Assembly: GCA_964016885.1 (NCBI GenBank)
Contig: OZ024741.1
Coordinates: forward strand, 230,330,001 to 230,394,000
Length of the DNA stretch: 64,000 bases
Direction: 5' to 3'
Source: Eledone cirrhosa
Lineage: Eukaryota
Shown here: positions 1 through 12,494 of the stretch, in pieces
Position numbering within the stretch: the first letter of the stretch is position 1
How the letters are laid out: every line of letters begins with the position of its first letter
Notes under the pieces: model-generated
The model's input: only the letters and a program-made list of their open reading frames with translations
Told to the model about the DNA's origin: nothing
Databases searched by the model: none
Made by a program: the position numbers and the translations under genes

Positions 1-511
1 GGCTAGCCCACTGTGCAGGATCTGTGGAGAGAGAGGAGACTGTGGCTCACATTGTATCCGAGTGTAAACACCGAGCCCAGACTCACTATAAGGGCTGGAG
101 ACATGATGTGATGGGCAGGGTGATCCACTGGCACCTATGCAAAGTAAACAATTTACCACATTCTGAGAAGTGGTATGAGCATAAGCCAGAGTCGGTGATA
201 GAAAACGATCAGGTGAAGGTGCTGTGGGATTTTAGGATACAGACGGACAAGAAACTAGAACACAATAGACCTGACCTGGTGGTTTTGGACAAAGAAAATA
301 GGCGCACTAGGTACTATCTCAAAAGATTTTCAGGGATGGTCAAGAAAATTGACCCCGCCCCACTTTTTGGAACACTTCAAAAGGCATGCTTGCTGGGAAC
401 AGCAAGAACCCTCCGATACATCCTGAATATCTGAGGCTACAGGTAGTGGCTTGATATTCATTTCAACAAACTTTCCAGTTAACTAACATCAATGACTGAA
501 ACTCAAAGAAC
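1..511 (+). mobile_element. 3' end of R4/Dong-type RLE non-LTR retrotransposon (internally deleted)
   Basis: ORF 24-434 has ETVAHIVSEC (zinc knuckle end), RHD and HNRPDLVVLDK (PD-D/ExK restriction-like endonuclease); 3' UTR matches the copies ending near 5.2, 20.2 and 23.6 kb; followed by (AAT)n. Confidence 0.85.

Positions 512-559
<48 letters not shown>
512..559. repeat. (AAT)n tail/target microsatellite
   Basis: Perfect AAT run directly after the LINE 3' UTR. Confidence 0.95.
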
Positions 560-560
<1 letters not shown>

Positions 561-672
561 GTTTCTACCTTTGGCACAAGGCCAGCAATTATTCCAGTGT
601 ATTACTGGTACTTTATTTTATCGACCCCGTAAGGATGAAAGGCAAAGTTAACCTCGGCGGGATTTGAACTCA
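560..672 (-). mobile_element. tRNA-derived SINE, 5'-truncated
   Basis: Reverse complement of the SINE at 20045-20230 from the B box (GAGTTCAAATCC) to the 3' end. Confidence 0.85.
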
Positions 673-1300
673 TTTATTGGCCACAAGGAATACTAATAAT
701 AATAGGGAAGAATACGCACGTGGTGGATAGAGTGTTATGGAATCGCTCCCGTAATGTTTGATTTTTTACATATTTAAAACAGTTGTGATAGAATAATTCT
801 TATTACAAATGGGACATAAGGCACCAGTCGGGCTCTCAGGAAGTGACAACACATATCGCTCAAGTATTTAATTTTGTATCAGAAATTTTATAGTCACCAA
901 AGAAAATGGTTACAAATGGTCACAAATGGAATAAAACAACAGCCAAATAATTTCACCATCATCTACACCACTACCGCTGCCACCACCACCACTAGCACAA
1001 AATTTAGCTAAAGACAAACCAACAGCATCAACCACACCAACACTACAGTACTACTACCCCATTACCACCGTCACCACTCCATCATCGCTACCACCACTAT
1101 TCCCTCACTACCTCCTGGAGAGGGAAGGTAGTAGTGCCACTACATATGACTAGAAAGGAGATAGCTACCAAAAGATATTAATAGACTGATTTAGTGACTC
1201 GGTCAAACATAGCAACAACAACACCATAATAATAATAATTATTGTCGTTGTATCTCTAAACGCTCTCAAAATGTTTATCTTAAACGATGTCGAATAATAA

Positions 1301-1388
1301 TTGTTTCTACTTTTGGCAAGAGGCCAGCAATAATCCAGTGCATTACTGGTACTGGGTAATATGCTGGCCTTGTGCCAAAAGTAGAAAT
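1301..1388. mobile_element. Two SINE 3' fragments in inverted orientation (small foldback)
   Basis: tttctacttttggca...ggccagca followed by tgctggccttgtgccaaaagtagaaa. Confidence 0.65.
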
Positions 1389-1749
1389 GAGAAGCAACAA
1401 GTCAAAAAATTACAGAATAAAACACAGACAAAAACAAACACATCAAAAGAAAAACAAATTTCAGAAGTTTTGAACGCAAAACTTCTCCCCCCCCCCCCCC
1501 ACCCCTCCTCGTTGCTATGACTACGAGCTTAGCGTAGCTAAATTCAAAAACAGCGGCAGCAGCAACAACATCACTTGTAATCGATGTTACTGGCGTTGAA
1601 AAACAAAGGGGAAAAAAAAGTCAGACATTCAAACATTACAATGAAACATGTTTATATTTTAAGGTTTTTATTTATTTATTTGTTTATTTATTTATTTACG
1701 TCTACAACGTGATGGTGCCACGCTAAAATCACCGGTGGTTATGTAACCA

Positions 1750-4700
1750 TACATTCACCAATCCTCGATATGAGTGTTTAAATGTCGAACCTAAACAGTT
1801 CGAATAACGTGAAAAGGAGACTGGAGCGTCATGTGAAAGGCTCTCACCCAACAAGTGCTCCCTGGCCCAGCAGTAGGGACCTGGTTGTCCTCCAAATACT
1901 GCTGGTGTTGGAGGAAGAAGAAGGAAAGGTACACGAACTAACTGGACAAAAGAATTGAATAGAACTGTCATGAAATGTTACCTGAAGAGTAACCCATGGA
2001 AAAAGGCTATAGGAAACGGATGTATAACATCTGGAACGAGATTGGTCTATTTAAATTAGATGAACAAAAATTGGCCGGACAGGCTCGGGTAATAAGAACA
2101 AATGGATGGATAAGCGAGTTGGAACTGGAGGAACGGAGCAGAGAGATTAAGTTGGAAATGGAGAGTGGAGTATATCAGGCAAACGAGCCAGTAGGAAGTG
2201 AAGGTGAAGAGGTTGAGAGACCTGAGGAAGTATCCGAAGCAGATAATGATCTGAATGCTGAAATAAATAACATCTGGAACAAAGATACGGCCATTGAAGA
2301 AATGAATGCTGACTGGCTAGGGCAAGATTTGGTTGATATCCTAAACTTAGTGATAGATGAAATGAACAATGATAGTGGAAAACCTATGAATCTAAGATTT
2401 GTAGACAGGAATAAGTTAAAAGAAACAATAGCTAAGGTAAACATCCCATACCTTGAGGCAAGGAACCTTCACCAATGCAACAATATCCTTAAAGCAACCG
2501 CAAATGTGGTGAGGAAATTACTTGGCATAAATACGAAAGGAAACAACAAACAAGAAATATCAGAACCTTGGTGGAAGAAACGACTGAATGGTCAAATCAA
2601 GTAAATGAGAAAAAGACATTGGAAAGCTTAAGTCCTTACTGAATGGGACATTACACAATTTAGACACTAAAGATAGATTGGAAATAATATACAAAACTAG
2701 GGGCAAAAAGCTAAATATTGTCATAGAGGAACTGAATCGACACATTGTAGCAAAAAGTTCAAAGATTAGGCGGTATGAGAACAGAGTCAGTCAGTATAGA
2801 CAGAACCGCATGTTTCACAACAACCAGAAGATGTTTGGACATCTTGAAGGGAAAGAAAGAGGCAACGACTTGATCCCTGACATTCTGGAGAGAAATATGG
2901 GAGCATGATGTTGAACATAATAGTCAGGCAGTGTGGATTGAGACAGTTCAACACGAGATTAGTGAACAAGCACACCAACAACATGATTTGAGTATCACAG
3001 TTGAAACTCTTTAAAGGTCAGGCCAAAAAACTAACCAACTGGAAATCACCAGGCCCAGATGGTATTGGATTAAAAATATAACATCCCTCCATCCGAAACT
3101 GACAACCATGTTCAATGACTGCTTGATGTCGGGTGAAGTACCAGAGTGGTTGACAAAATGTACCACAGTTCTGGTAATGAAAGACCGAATCAAGGGTAAT
3201 GAAGTTACCAACTATAGTCCTATCACATGTCTGTCCGTAATGTGGAAACTGTTGACAAGCATTATGTCTGAGGAAATCTACCATCACCTCCACATAAACA
3301 ACTTATTACCGGACGAAAAGAAAGGATGCCGAAAGAAGTCCCGTGGTAGAAAAGACCAGTTACTTAGTGATAAGATGGTAATGAGGAATTGCAAGAGGAG
3401 GCACACTGGTCTTGCCAAAGGATGGATAGATTACAAAAAGGCATTCGACATGGTACCTCATTCTTGGATAACCAAAAGTCTACAGATCCTCAAGGTGGCA
3501 GATAACATCAGACAGTTGTTGAAGCAAAAGTATGAAGTCCTGCGAAACAAAGTTAACATCAGGTGGAGAATCCTTGGGAGGCATGAAGATCAAGAGAAGT
3601 ATCTTCCAGGGAGATAGTTTGTCCCCTCTGTTGTTTGTCCTTGTCCTGATACCCCTGACCATTATACTGCGAAAGTGAGAGCAGGATACAAGTTGGGAAA
3701 AGGAGAGCTTACCATAAATCACTTCCTCTTCATGGAATATCTTAAACGCTTTGGGAACAGTGAGAAAGAACTGGAAGTGCTTGTTGACACTCCGTATTTT
3801 CAGCAATGATATATGTATGCAATTTGGTATTAATAAGTGTGGAGTCCTAGTGATGAAGAAGGGTAAATTTAGCAGAAGCAACGGAATCCAGGTACCAACA
3901 GGTGAGATAATAAAGGAAATTGACACTGAAGAGGGATACAAATATTTAGGTGTTCTGGAGGCAGATGACATCAAGAACAAAAAAAAAATGAAGGAATTGA
4001 TAAGATCTGAGTACATAAGGAGAGTAAGGAACATATTAAAATCACATCTAAATAGTAGGAATGTAATAAGTGCAGTAAATTCCCGAGCTGTGTCTATTAT
4101 TAGATACAGTATCTGAACAAAAAGAAATGGATAGGATGACTAGTAAGTTAATGGATATCTACAACATGTTCCACAAGAGGAGTGATGTCGATAGACTCTA
4201 CTTAAAGAGATATGAAGCTGGAAGAGGTCTTAGCAGCATAGAGGACTGTTTTCAGATGGAGAAAAACAACCTGCACAAACATGTGACTGACAGTAGGGAG
4301 CCAATGCTCAAAATTGGAGTGAAGGAGAAGACAATAGACCAGGGGATGTCCAAGGAGGAAATAACAACAAGCAAGAAGAACAACCTTCATGAAAAATCCC
4401 TTCATAACACCTTTAAGAAAATGGAATTTAGAGATCCACAGACATGGAACTGGTTAAAAAGATGAGACCTTAAAAAAGCTACAGAAGGAATGCTAATGGC
4501 TGCGCAAGAGCAAACACTCAGAACGAAGTGGGTGAAACACTATATCGACAAGGAGGAGGATAGCTCACTGTATAGGGTCTGTGGGGAGAGAGACGGTAGA
4601 CAGTGGCTCACATTGTATCCGAGTGTAAACACCTAGCCCAGGCTCACCCTAAAGGTTGGAGACATGATGTGATACGCAGGGGGATCCACTGGCATCTATG

Positions 4701-5210
4701 CAAAGTAAACAATTTACCACATTCGGGAGAAATGGTATGAGCATATGCCAGAGTCGGTGATAGAAAACGATCGTGTGAAGTTGCTATGGGATTTTAGGAT
4801 ATAGACGGACAAGAAATTAGAACACAATAGGCCTGACATGGGGTTTCGGACAAGGAAAAAAGATCATGCCTGATTGTAGATGTAGCCTGTCCATTTGAGA
4901 CGAGGGTGCAAGAAAAGGAGAGGGAGAAAATTAACCGATACCAGGATTTAAAGAGGAAGATAAAAAGGATTTGGAACTGCCATGAAATCAAGGTCCCGAT
5001 TGTTAAAGAGTTTCCAAGGATGGTTAAAGACGAATAGTCCAGCCCCGTTTTTTGGAACACTTGAAAAGGCATGCTTGCTGGGAATAGCAAGAACGCTCCG
5101 ATACGTCCTGAATGTCTGAGGCTGCAGGTAGTGGCTTGATATTCATTTCAACCAACTTTCCAGTTAAATAACCTCAATGACTGAGACTCAAATAGCAATA
5201 ATAATAATAA
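1750..5210 (+). mobile_element. Near full-length decayed R4/Dong-type RLE LINE
   Basis: Fragmented ORFs: N-terminal GYRKRMYNIW region, RT (PITCLS..WKLLT, WIDYKKAFDMVPH, FQGDSLSP, YKYLG), zinc knuckle, RLE; AAT tail; 5' boundary approximate. Confidence 0.88.
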
Positions 5211-5394
5211 TTGTTTCTACTTTTGGCACAAGGCCAGCAATAACCCAGTACATTACTGGTACTTTATTTTATCGACACCGTAAGGATGAAAGACAAAATT
5301 AACCTTGGCGCGATTTGAACTCAGAATAGCAAGGGGCGTAACTCTATGCATCAAAGCATAGTGTCCGACCCTCTACCGATACAGCCAATCCACC
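5211..5394 (-). mobile_element. tRNA-derived SINE, near full length
   Basis: A-box-like TGGCTGTATCGG and B-box-like GAGTTCAAATC on the minus strand; same body as the other copies. Confidence 0.85.
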
Positions 5395-5398
5395 AATG

Positions 5399-8300
5399 GT
5401 TTCTTTATTGCCACAGTGCCTAACATGAAGAAAAACATTACAGGCGGCAGAGGATAATACACTTTGGCCGTGTAAAAAGGTTATAAAAGACAGAAATGTG
5501 TAAATTAAATTAAAATTCAAACAACAAGAATTCCCCAATAAGGGGGAAACCACTGAGGTCACACATGGCGAAAACCACACAAAAGACCACGGCCACCCTG
5601 ACCACCAGGGCAAGCGCCCTCTCTATTTTCCCACTCCTCAGTCTACTGGAGCATACTCAGAGTGGGCCCGTTCACTCGGACCAGATTCGCCACTTTCACC
5701 CACCTTTCAACAAACTTACTAGATGACAGCACTTGTCTCTCCACCCTGATTTTCCTCTTCAAGTGAAACTTGAAAAAGTTAATCAAGGTTTGGCAGGAGA
5801 GGAAAGTGTCCATATTCAACCCTTTCAACCTTGTCCACCTCGCAATCTCTTTCGTCATGGCCACCAGGCAGATGAAGACTGCTTGCCCTTCCTCATCTTT
5901 AAAGGAGGATGGCGGGGCTATATGCACAATGTACTCAGTCGTTAACCGGATCCGTCCTACACAGGCCAGCAACTGTTCGACATAGCTCCACAGGTCAGCA
6001 TTTCTCGGGCACTGAACGAGAGCGTGTAGGACGGTTTCGGCGTCCTGCGCGCATTTCGGACAGGCTCGGCTGACAGCACCTCCGTGTCTTTAGAGCTTAT
6101 CCCGAACCGACAGCGTTCCCCGGTAGCACTGCCAGGCCATGGATTTCTGGAAATTGTCCATAGGTCCCGGGCTGAAATTTATCTTGAAGAGAGGAAACAG
6201 CTGAACGTCTTCGACGGCCAGGGTCTCCCACAGAACGTCGTCACTCCTCCCCTCCACTAGCCCTCTATAGAACGCCAAAGTGGATGTTCCACCAACATCA
6301 GTGCCCAGCTGGTATAGAGCGGTGAGCGCCTGGAGACATTCCAACTTCCAAGCGCTATCTCTCGGTCTTTTTCTGATCCAGGACTGCAGCTCTGTCAAGG
6401 AGACGAGCTGGGGAAAAGCGTGTTTGGCAAACGGCGACGACATCTTTTCACCGCCAAGGAAGCACCAGAGATGTCGCAGCCTCAGCCCATGTTTGCGCAT
6501 CATTACCCACAGCATACCCAGTCCACGCCACGGGTGCTGACAGCAGATGGGTCGTTTGACCATGGGAGCATGTCCCTTCCACAAAAAGCGGAAGAGAATG
6601 CGCTCCATTTTGGTCAGAGTTGGACGGGGGCAAGGTACGACGGTCAGGTGGTAGCAGATGATGGACGCGATTAACGCATTCGCCACCTCCGCCCGACCTT
6701 TCAGAGACAGCCTCCTCTCAGCCCTTTTCTGGGTGAGAGAGGTCACCCTACTCGTCAACACGCTCCAGTTTTTGTCCATCGAGAGGTCCGGACCGAACCA
6801 GACCCCGAGCAATTTAACCGGTCCCTCCGTCCAGCGGTCCATGACGCTGTCGGACGGCATGGACTTGCCTCTCCAGGTGCCGAGTTGCAAGCCTACCGAC
6901 TTTGCCTGGTTTATCTTTGCTCCTGTCACCGCTTCGTATTCCTTGAGAGCGGTGCCGAGCATCTGGACGTGTTTGTTGCTCGACACCACCACGGTGACGT
7001 CGTTGGCATAAGCCGACACGGATCTTCCGCATCTCCGTTCGCGAGGTACTCTCCTCATGGTCTCCAATTTGTGCAGTAATGGCTCAAGAGCCAGTACGTA
7101 CAAGAGGGACGAGAGGGGACAACCTTGGCGAACCGAGTGCATAATGCTGAACGGTTGCGACAAGTGACCATTCATCCTCACAATCGAGCAGATGTCGCTG
7201 TGCATCGCAGCGATCCAGCCTCTACAAACGAGCCCGAAGCCGGCCGCCTCGAGGACGGCAGCCAGGTACCGATGGTCGACCCTATCAAATGCTTTAGATT
7301 GATCCAAGTTTATCATAGCCCCACCCGTGTCAGGTTCCTTAACCACCCTCTCTACGATGTATCGCATGAGATGGAGGTTGTCGTGGATGGATCTGTCCGG
7401 AATGGTGCATATTTGCGCGTCTGCCACCAGATTACCGACGACATTTGGCCAAAATCTTGAACACTCTGTGTTTAGCAGAGTTATCGGCCTGAAATTGCCT
7501 ATAACGTCCTTTTCTTCGGGTCTTTTCTTAGCAGCTCCACCACCGCCCGGCTCACAAAATGCTCCCATTCTGCTGCCAGTTGCAGTATACATCTGCCAAG
7601 AGGTATCCGAACAAGTCTGGCATGTGCGCATAAAGCTCGTAGGTTAGACCATCCAAACCTGGCGATTTACTCCTCGTACAGTTAGACATCGCTTCCCGTA
7701 TTTCACCTGCTGCTGTGTTCGGCCTTTCGCAGCACTGTGTTGCGGTCGCTGAGAGTCGCGGCAGTCCGTCGAGGTATGCACCGAAGTCCATACTCCGATC
7801 CTTTCCGCCGGAATCCCCGAACAATCGAGCAAAGTGCTGTTGAAAAGCCACACTTATCTGCGCGGGTTCGAATAATATCCACCCATTTCGATCAGTCACT
7901 GACCGTATTGTGGATTTGTTGTCACGTCGCGCCTCACCCACCCGGGCCTATTGAACGGCTTTCGTCCCCTCGTGTCTCAGCGCACGCGCTATAGCTCTGA
8001 CAACGCATCCTTCATGCTTTGCGTTGAAGAATTGGTCGAGTGCCAATCTCGCCGCAAGCACGTCGGTTGCGATGCCTATCCTAAACGCCTCTTCTAGTTT
8101 TCTAATTAGCTCTCCCTCTACCCAATAATCCTCTATCACTACTCCTTTGCTAAACCTTATCGATTCTACTCTAATAGCCCTTTTTAGGGTAAACGACCAC
8201 CTGTTGTTGACGATTGCACCCGTCAACGCAGGCTTAACTAATTCGTTAATCCGGTCTCTGTACGTTCTGCGCGCCGAGAAAGACGCGTTCAGCTTCCATT

Positions 8301-10113
8301 TACCAGGCCCTTGCCTATGGAGTCTATCTAAGTCAACCTCACAGGTCACGAATTTGTGGTCTCTAGACGTCTAAAGAAATCTGGCCGTCCTGCCCCTGTT
8401 GGGACGTAGACGGCTACTAGCCTGAAAGCATTGCTCTCGCTTCCGGTCACGTCCAGCACCACCGAATTACCTTCTGGGTCCAGTAAGATGGCCCGTATGG
8501 CGAGATCCAAGCCTCTCTGAAAAAGCACAGCCACTCCCACCCCGATCCTGGACGGCTAGGAAATGTGTATACATCGTAGCCGCCGAAGATCGGTGCGAAG
8601 TGTCGTGCTTCTGAGATTCTGGTCTCGCTGATGGCCACCTCATCTATGTTTAGTGACCTGAGGTCGTTGAGCAGGTGACCCTGCTTCCAAGATGACACCA
8701 GGCCACGTGCATTTATGCTACCTATACGAAGTTCGGCCATGTTGGATGAGGAAGGGGCAAGTGAAAAAACATCACTTACCTTGATCGTGTGGGGAAGGGA
8801 CCGTAGAACCGTCCCCTCGGCTGGTCATGGGTGTCTCCAAGACCATATCTTTGTATATTCTTTTGGAGAGTGACCCCCTGAAATCCCAAATTGCTTTGGG
8901 GAATTTTTGTTTTAATTGTTTGTACTTTTCGAGTTCAATTTCTACAATCTTAATGTTTTTTGGTAATGTTCTTGGTGTTGGTGGTGTGTGGTAATTTACG
9001 TCTGAAATATCGGTGTGGTGTTTTATGTGTTCCATTAGTACTTAGTGTACAATCTTTATGGCTGTATACTAGTTGGGGGAGGGGTGGTTTTGTAGCTGTT
9101 TTCTTGTTATTGCTGTTGGGTATGTGTGGTTTGTTGTGTTTGTGATGTTGGTGTTTTTGGTGGTGTGGTTGTTGTTGGTGTTGATGCTTGTTGTGGTGAT
9201 GGTGACTTTTGTGGTGTTGCTGCAAAGCTTCTTGATGTCCTTACTCTTCTTTCTTTGCCTTCGCTTTTGGAGGGAGGAGCTGTGGTGTTTTTCCGTTTTT
9301 TTTTTTGTGATAACAACCGTTTTCCACTCCTCAGCCGCCTCATACCGCAAAAGGGATGGTCTCTCGTCATTTTTGCCACCGCTACTGCTGCTGCTGAACT
9401 TGTTGTTAGTGCTGGTGCTGTTGTTGTTGTTGCCACTGCTACAAACGGTATTGTTGGTGTTGCTGCTCTGCCGCCGCTACTGCTACCACAGGTGTTATCG
9501 TTAATACTGCCGCTGCTGTTGCTATCTCCATTTTGCTAAATGTATCAGCAGCAGCCGCTTCAAGAGGGTGAAGAGAGTGAAGTGGAAAGAGTGGCATTCG
9601 TCTGACTTTTACTATTTGGTGAAGAAGAGGAAAAGGAAAGGGAGACTTCATTCTGACTGTTGCTAGTTTCTTTGATGTCAAATGTATAGGATGTATCACG
9701 ACTGCTACTTGATGGAGGGGAGAGGGGAGTGGTGTTCGCTTGACTATGGGACGGTGAAGAAGACGAAAAGGAAAGCGAGACTACACGCTGACAGCTAGAC
9801 GAGGCAAAAGAAGGTTGAGAAGGATATCTTGCTGAAAGGGTAATTTTTGATTCGATACACGGCATGGAAAAGATTTTTGAATAACGCCATTTTTCTTCTT
9901 TTTTTTTTGGCGGGACGTATTTGCTAGATGCGAAGTTCAAATTGGAATTTAGCCCCGAAGGGCTAAATACCGATTAATTTCGACCACTTCAAAAGAAGTG
10001 GGGTGTGTTTAAAAACAAAACAATATGATTTCTACATTTCGTTCGCAATAAAAACTGTTAAAATATCACAAACTTACGGGTACAAAAAATCCTGCGACGT
10101 GTCTACTTCCACG
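5399..10113 (-). mobile_element. Tx1/L1-clade LINE, near full length, decayed
   Basis: APE (SINARGL..ISET, 8447-8740), RT (NFRPITLLN, LDQSKAFDRVDH, RQGCPLS, YANDV), C-terminal zf-RVT-like CPKC..H..C; low-complexity ORF1 remnants at 8772-9940; 5' end abuts (AAT)n. Confidence 0.88.
5643..8740 (-). pseudogene. Tx1-type ORF2 (APE-RT-zinc finger), frameshifted
   Basis: ORF pieces 8447-8740, 8346-8540, 7948-8349, 7552-7941, 6090-7631 and 5643-5972 in collinear domain order. Confidence 0.85.
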
Positions 10114-10129
10114 AATAATAATAATAAAA

Positions 10130-12490
10130 TAACAGCGGAACATCTGCGTTTAGCTCTTAGAAAATCCAGCAAATAGAAATCCCCGGGGAAAGACAAAATA
10201 ACAAATTTTTGGATGAATGCCTTCACGGAGTCTCATGAGCTGTTAGTCCAACTTTACAATGAAATTGTTAAGGAGCCAGAAAAGATACCATCATGGCTAG
10301 TTAACGGCATTACAATCGTACATCCGAAGAATGATGAGACAAATAATCCAAACAATTACAGACCGATAACTTGCTTGACCACAATATATAAAATCTGAAC
10401 ATCAATCCTAACTGAATATACATATGATCACATGATAGGAAATAATCTATTTCCCAATGAGCAGAAGAGATGAAAATGAGGCTCACATTGCTGTACGGAT
10501 CAGATTTTGATTAACAAAATGATACTGGAAGATTGTCATAATACACACAAAAATCTATCAATTGCTTGGATAGATTACAAAAAAAAAGCATTTGATAGTT
10601 AGCCACACATTTGGATTGAAAGGTTTTTATAGCTTTTCAAAATATCTCCCGTTGTCAAGAGTTTCCTGTCCTTCAGTATGAAAGCTTGGAAAACAACACC
10701 CATTTTGATCAGTGAAAAAATTACTGGAAGCTGGAGAAATTAATATTAATTGTGGAATTTTTGAAGGTGACTCTTTATCACCGCTTTTATTCTGCATCGC
10801 ACTTATATCATTAAGCAACATACTCAATGAAACAAAACATAGATGTAACGTCTATGACAAAACCCTTAATCACTTGCTCGACATGGATGACATGAATCTA
10901 TTTGCAAAAAAATGACGAGCAATTGCAATTGTGAAGCAGTTCAGTGACGATATTAAAATGGAGTTTGGACAAAATAAATGCGCCAAAGACTGGTTCACCA
11001 GAGTAAAGCTGCTGAGAAGTTCAGACATTAATCTTGATCGGGAGGCTGCAATAAGAGAACTTGATCAAGAGGAAACTTATAAATATCTAGGTGTTTGTAA
11101 AGGAGACGGAATCAAGCACTCAACAACAGAGTAAGAGCAATTCTAAGAACGGAGTGGAATGCAAAGAATAGGATCGATGCCATTCCAGTAGTAACTTAGT
11201 TTCAATGTCATCAACTGGTCAAGCACAGAGATACGTAAACTCGACACGAAAATTAGAAAATTCTTAACAATGCACAGAATGCATCACCCTAAGGCAGATA
11301 CAGATAGAATATATCTCCCTAGAAAAGAAGGATGATGTGGATTAATAAAGTTGGATATTTCTTTGAAAACTGCAACAATTGGATTATCTACATATCTAAG
11401 GAATCGCATGATTGGATGATCAAACTCGTTTGAAACATAAAAGCAACGAAAGATGCACATAGATACAGTAATGAACTACAAATTTCAGAAGTTCCCTTTA
11501 CTGCTGAAATGAAAAACATAAAAAAGGCAAAGCAGGTAAAAGTAACTGCAAAGAAAGAACTACCAAGGAAACTGGCTAAGAAATGGCAAGAAAAGCCTCT
11601 GTATTGAAAATACCCAGAAAGAGCTAACAATCCCGTTGTTGACAAAACATTAACCCATCAGTGGTTGGCATCCTCTGGACTGAAATCGGAGACTGAAGGA
11701 GTAATTATATCAGGACAAGATCAGTGTCTAACCAACAAAAAATTATCAAGCCAATATCAGAACAAATGGATGCATCCCATTATGCCGTGTATATAAAAAA
11801 CAGCCAGGGCCATTGATCATATAATTCTAATGTGCAGTCCTATAGCTCCAACCGAATACCTAAAGAGGCACAACAGAGCTGCACAATACATACATTGGAT
11901 AATGTGTAAGCATTTTGACCTACTCCGTCAAAAAAATGGTGGGAGCATCAACCACCTCCCGTACTTAAAAAAGGTCACATCTCAATTTTGTGGAACTTTA
12001 GCGTCCAAACAGACCGAAAGTTCGATGCAAATAGATCTGGTATAATACCGAAGAACTTTAAAAAGAGGTTATGTATGCTAATTGACATGACCGTTCCCAT
12101 ACACAAGAATGTATCTATAAAACATTTGAAAAATTGAGCAAGTATAAGGATCTGGAAATAGAGATTGGAAAAATGTGGAAGTTGAGAACTTAAACAATAC
12201 CAATAGTTGTAGGCGCTCTAGTAATGATACCTAAGGGGTCTAATGATTACTTATCTCAAATCCCAGGAAACCCGCGTATAGAAGAAATACAAAAGATAGT
12301 ACTAATGGGAACTACCCATATACTAAGGAAGATTCTGTCAATATAAATACATCACAATTGTAAACACCTAATGATATACGTGTATGTGTATGCGTTTTTT
12401 CGTGAACATGGCGGACCTTGTTGTCTCTTGAGGTTACTGGTTGTGACTTGGTGATAACTCGTATTAACATAAAGCAAGATTAATGAAAAA
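10130..12490 (+). mobile_element. 5'-truncated decayed RLE LINE (second R4/Dong-like family)
   Basis: NYRPITCL, WIDYKKAFD, GIFEGDSLSP, MDD, YKYLG, YLKRHN; A-rich end; begins after (AAT)n. Confidence 0.8.
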
Positions 12491-12494
12491 AAAA

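Noticed and set aside
940-1260. ACC/ACT-rich stretch as a coding exon
   Set aside because: Degenerate trinucleotide low-complexity sequence with no ORF or motif support
8950-9940. Membrane-protein-like or His/Thr-rich ORFs
   Set aside because: Low-complexity ORF1 region of the Tx1 element and its antisense frames
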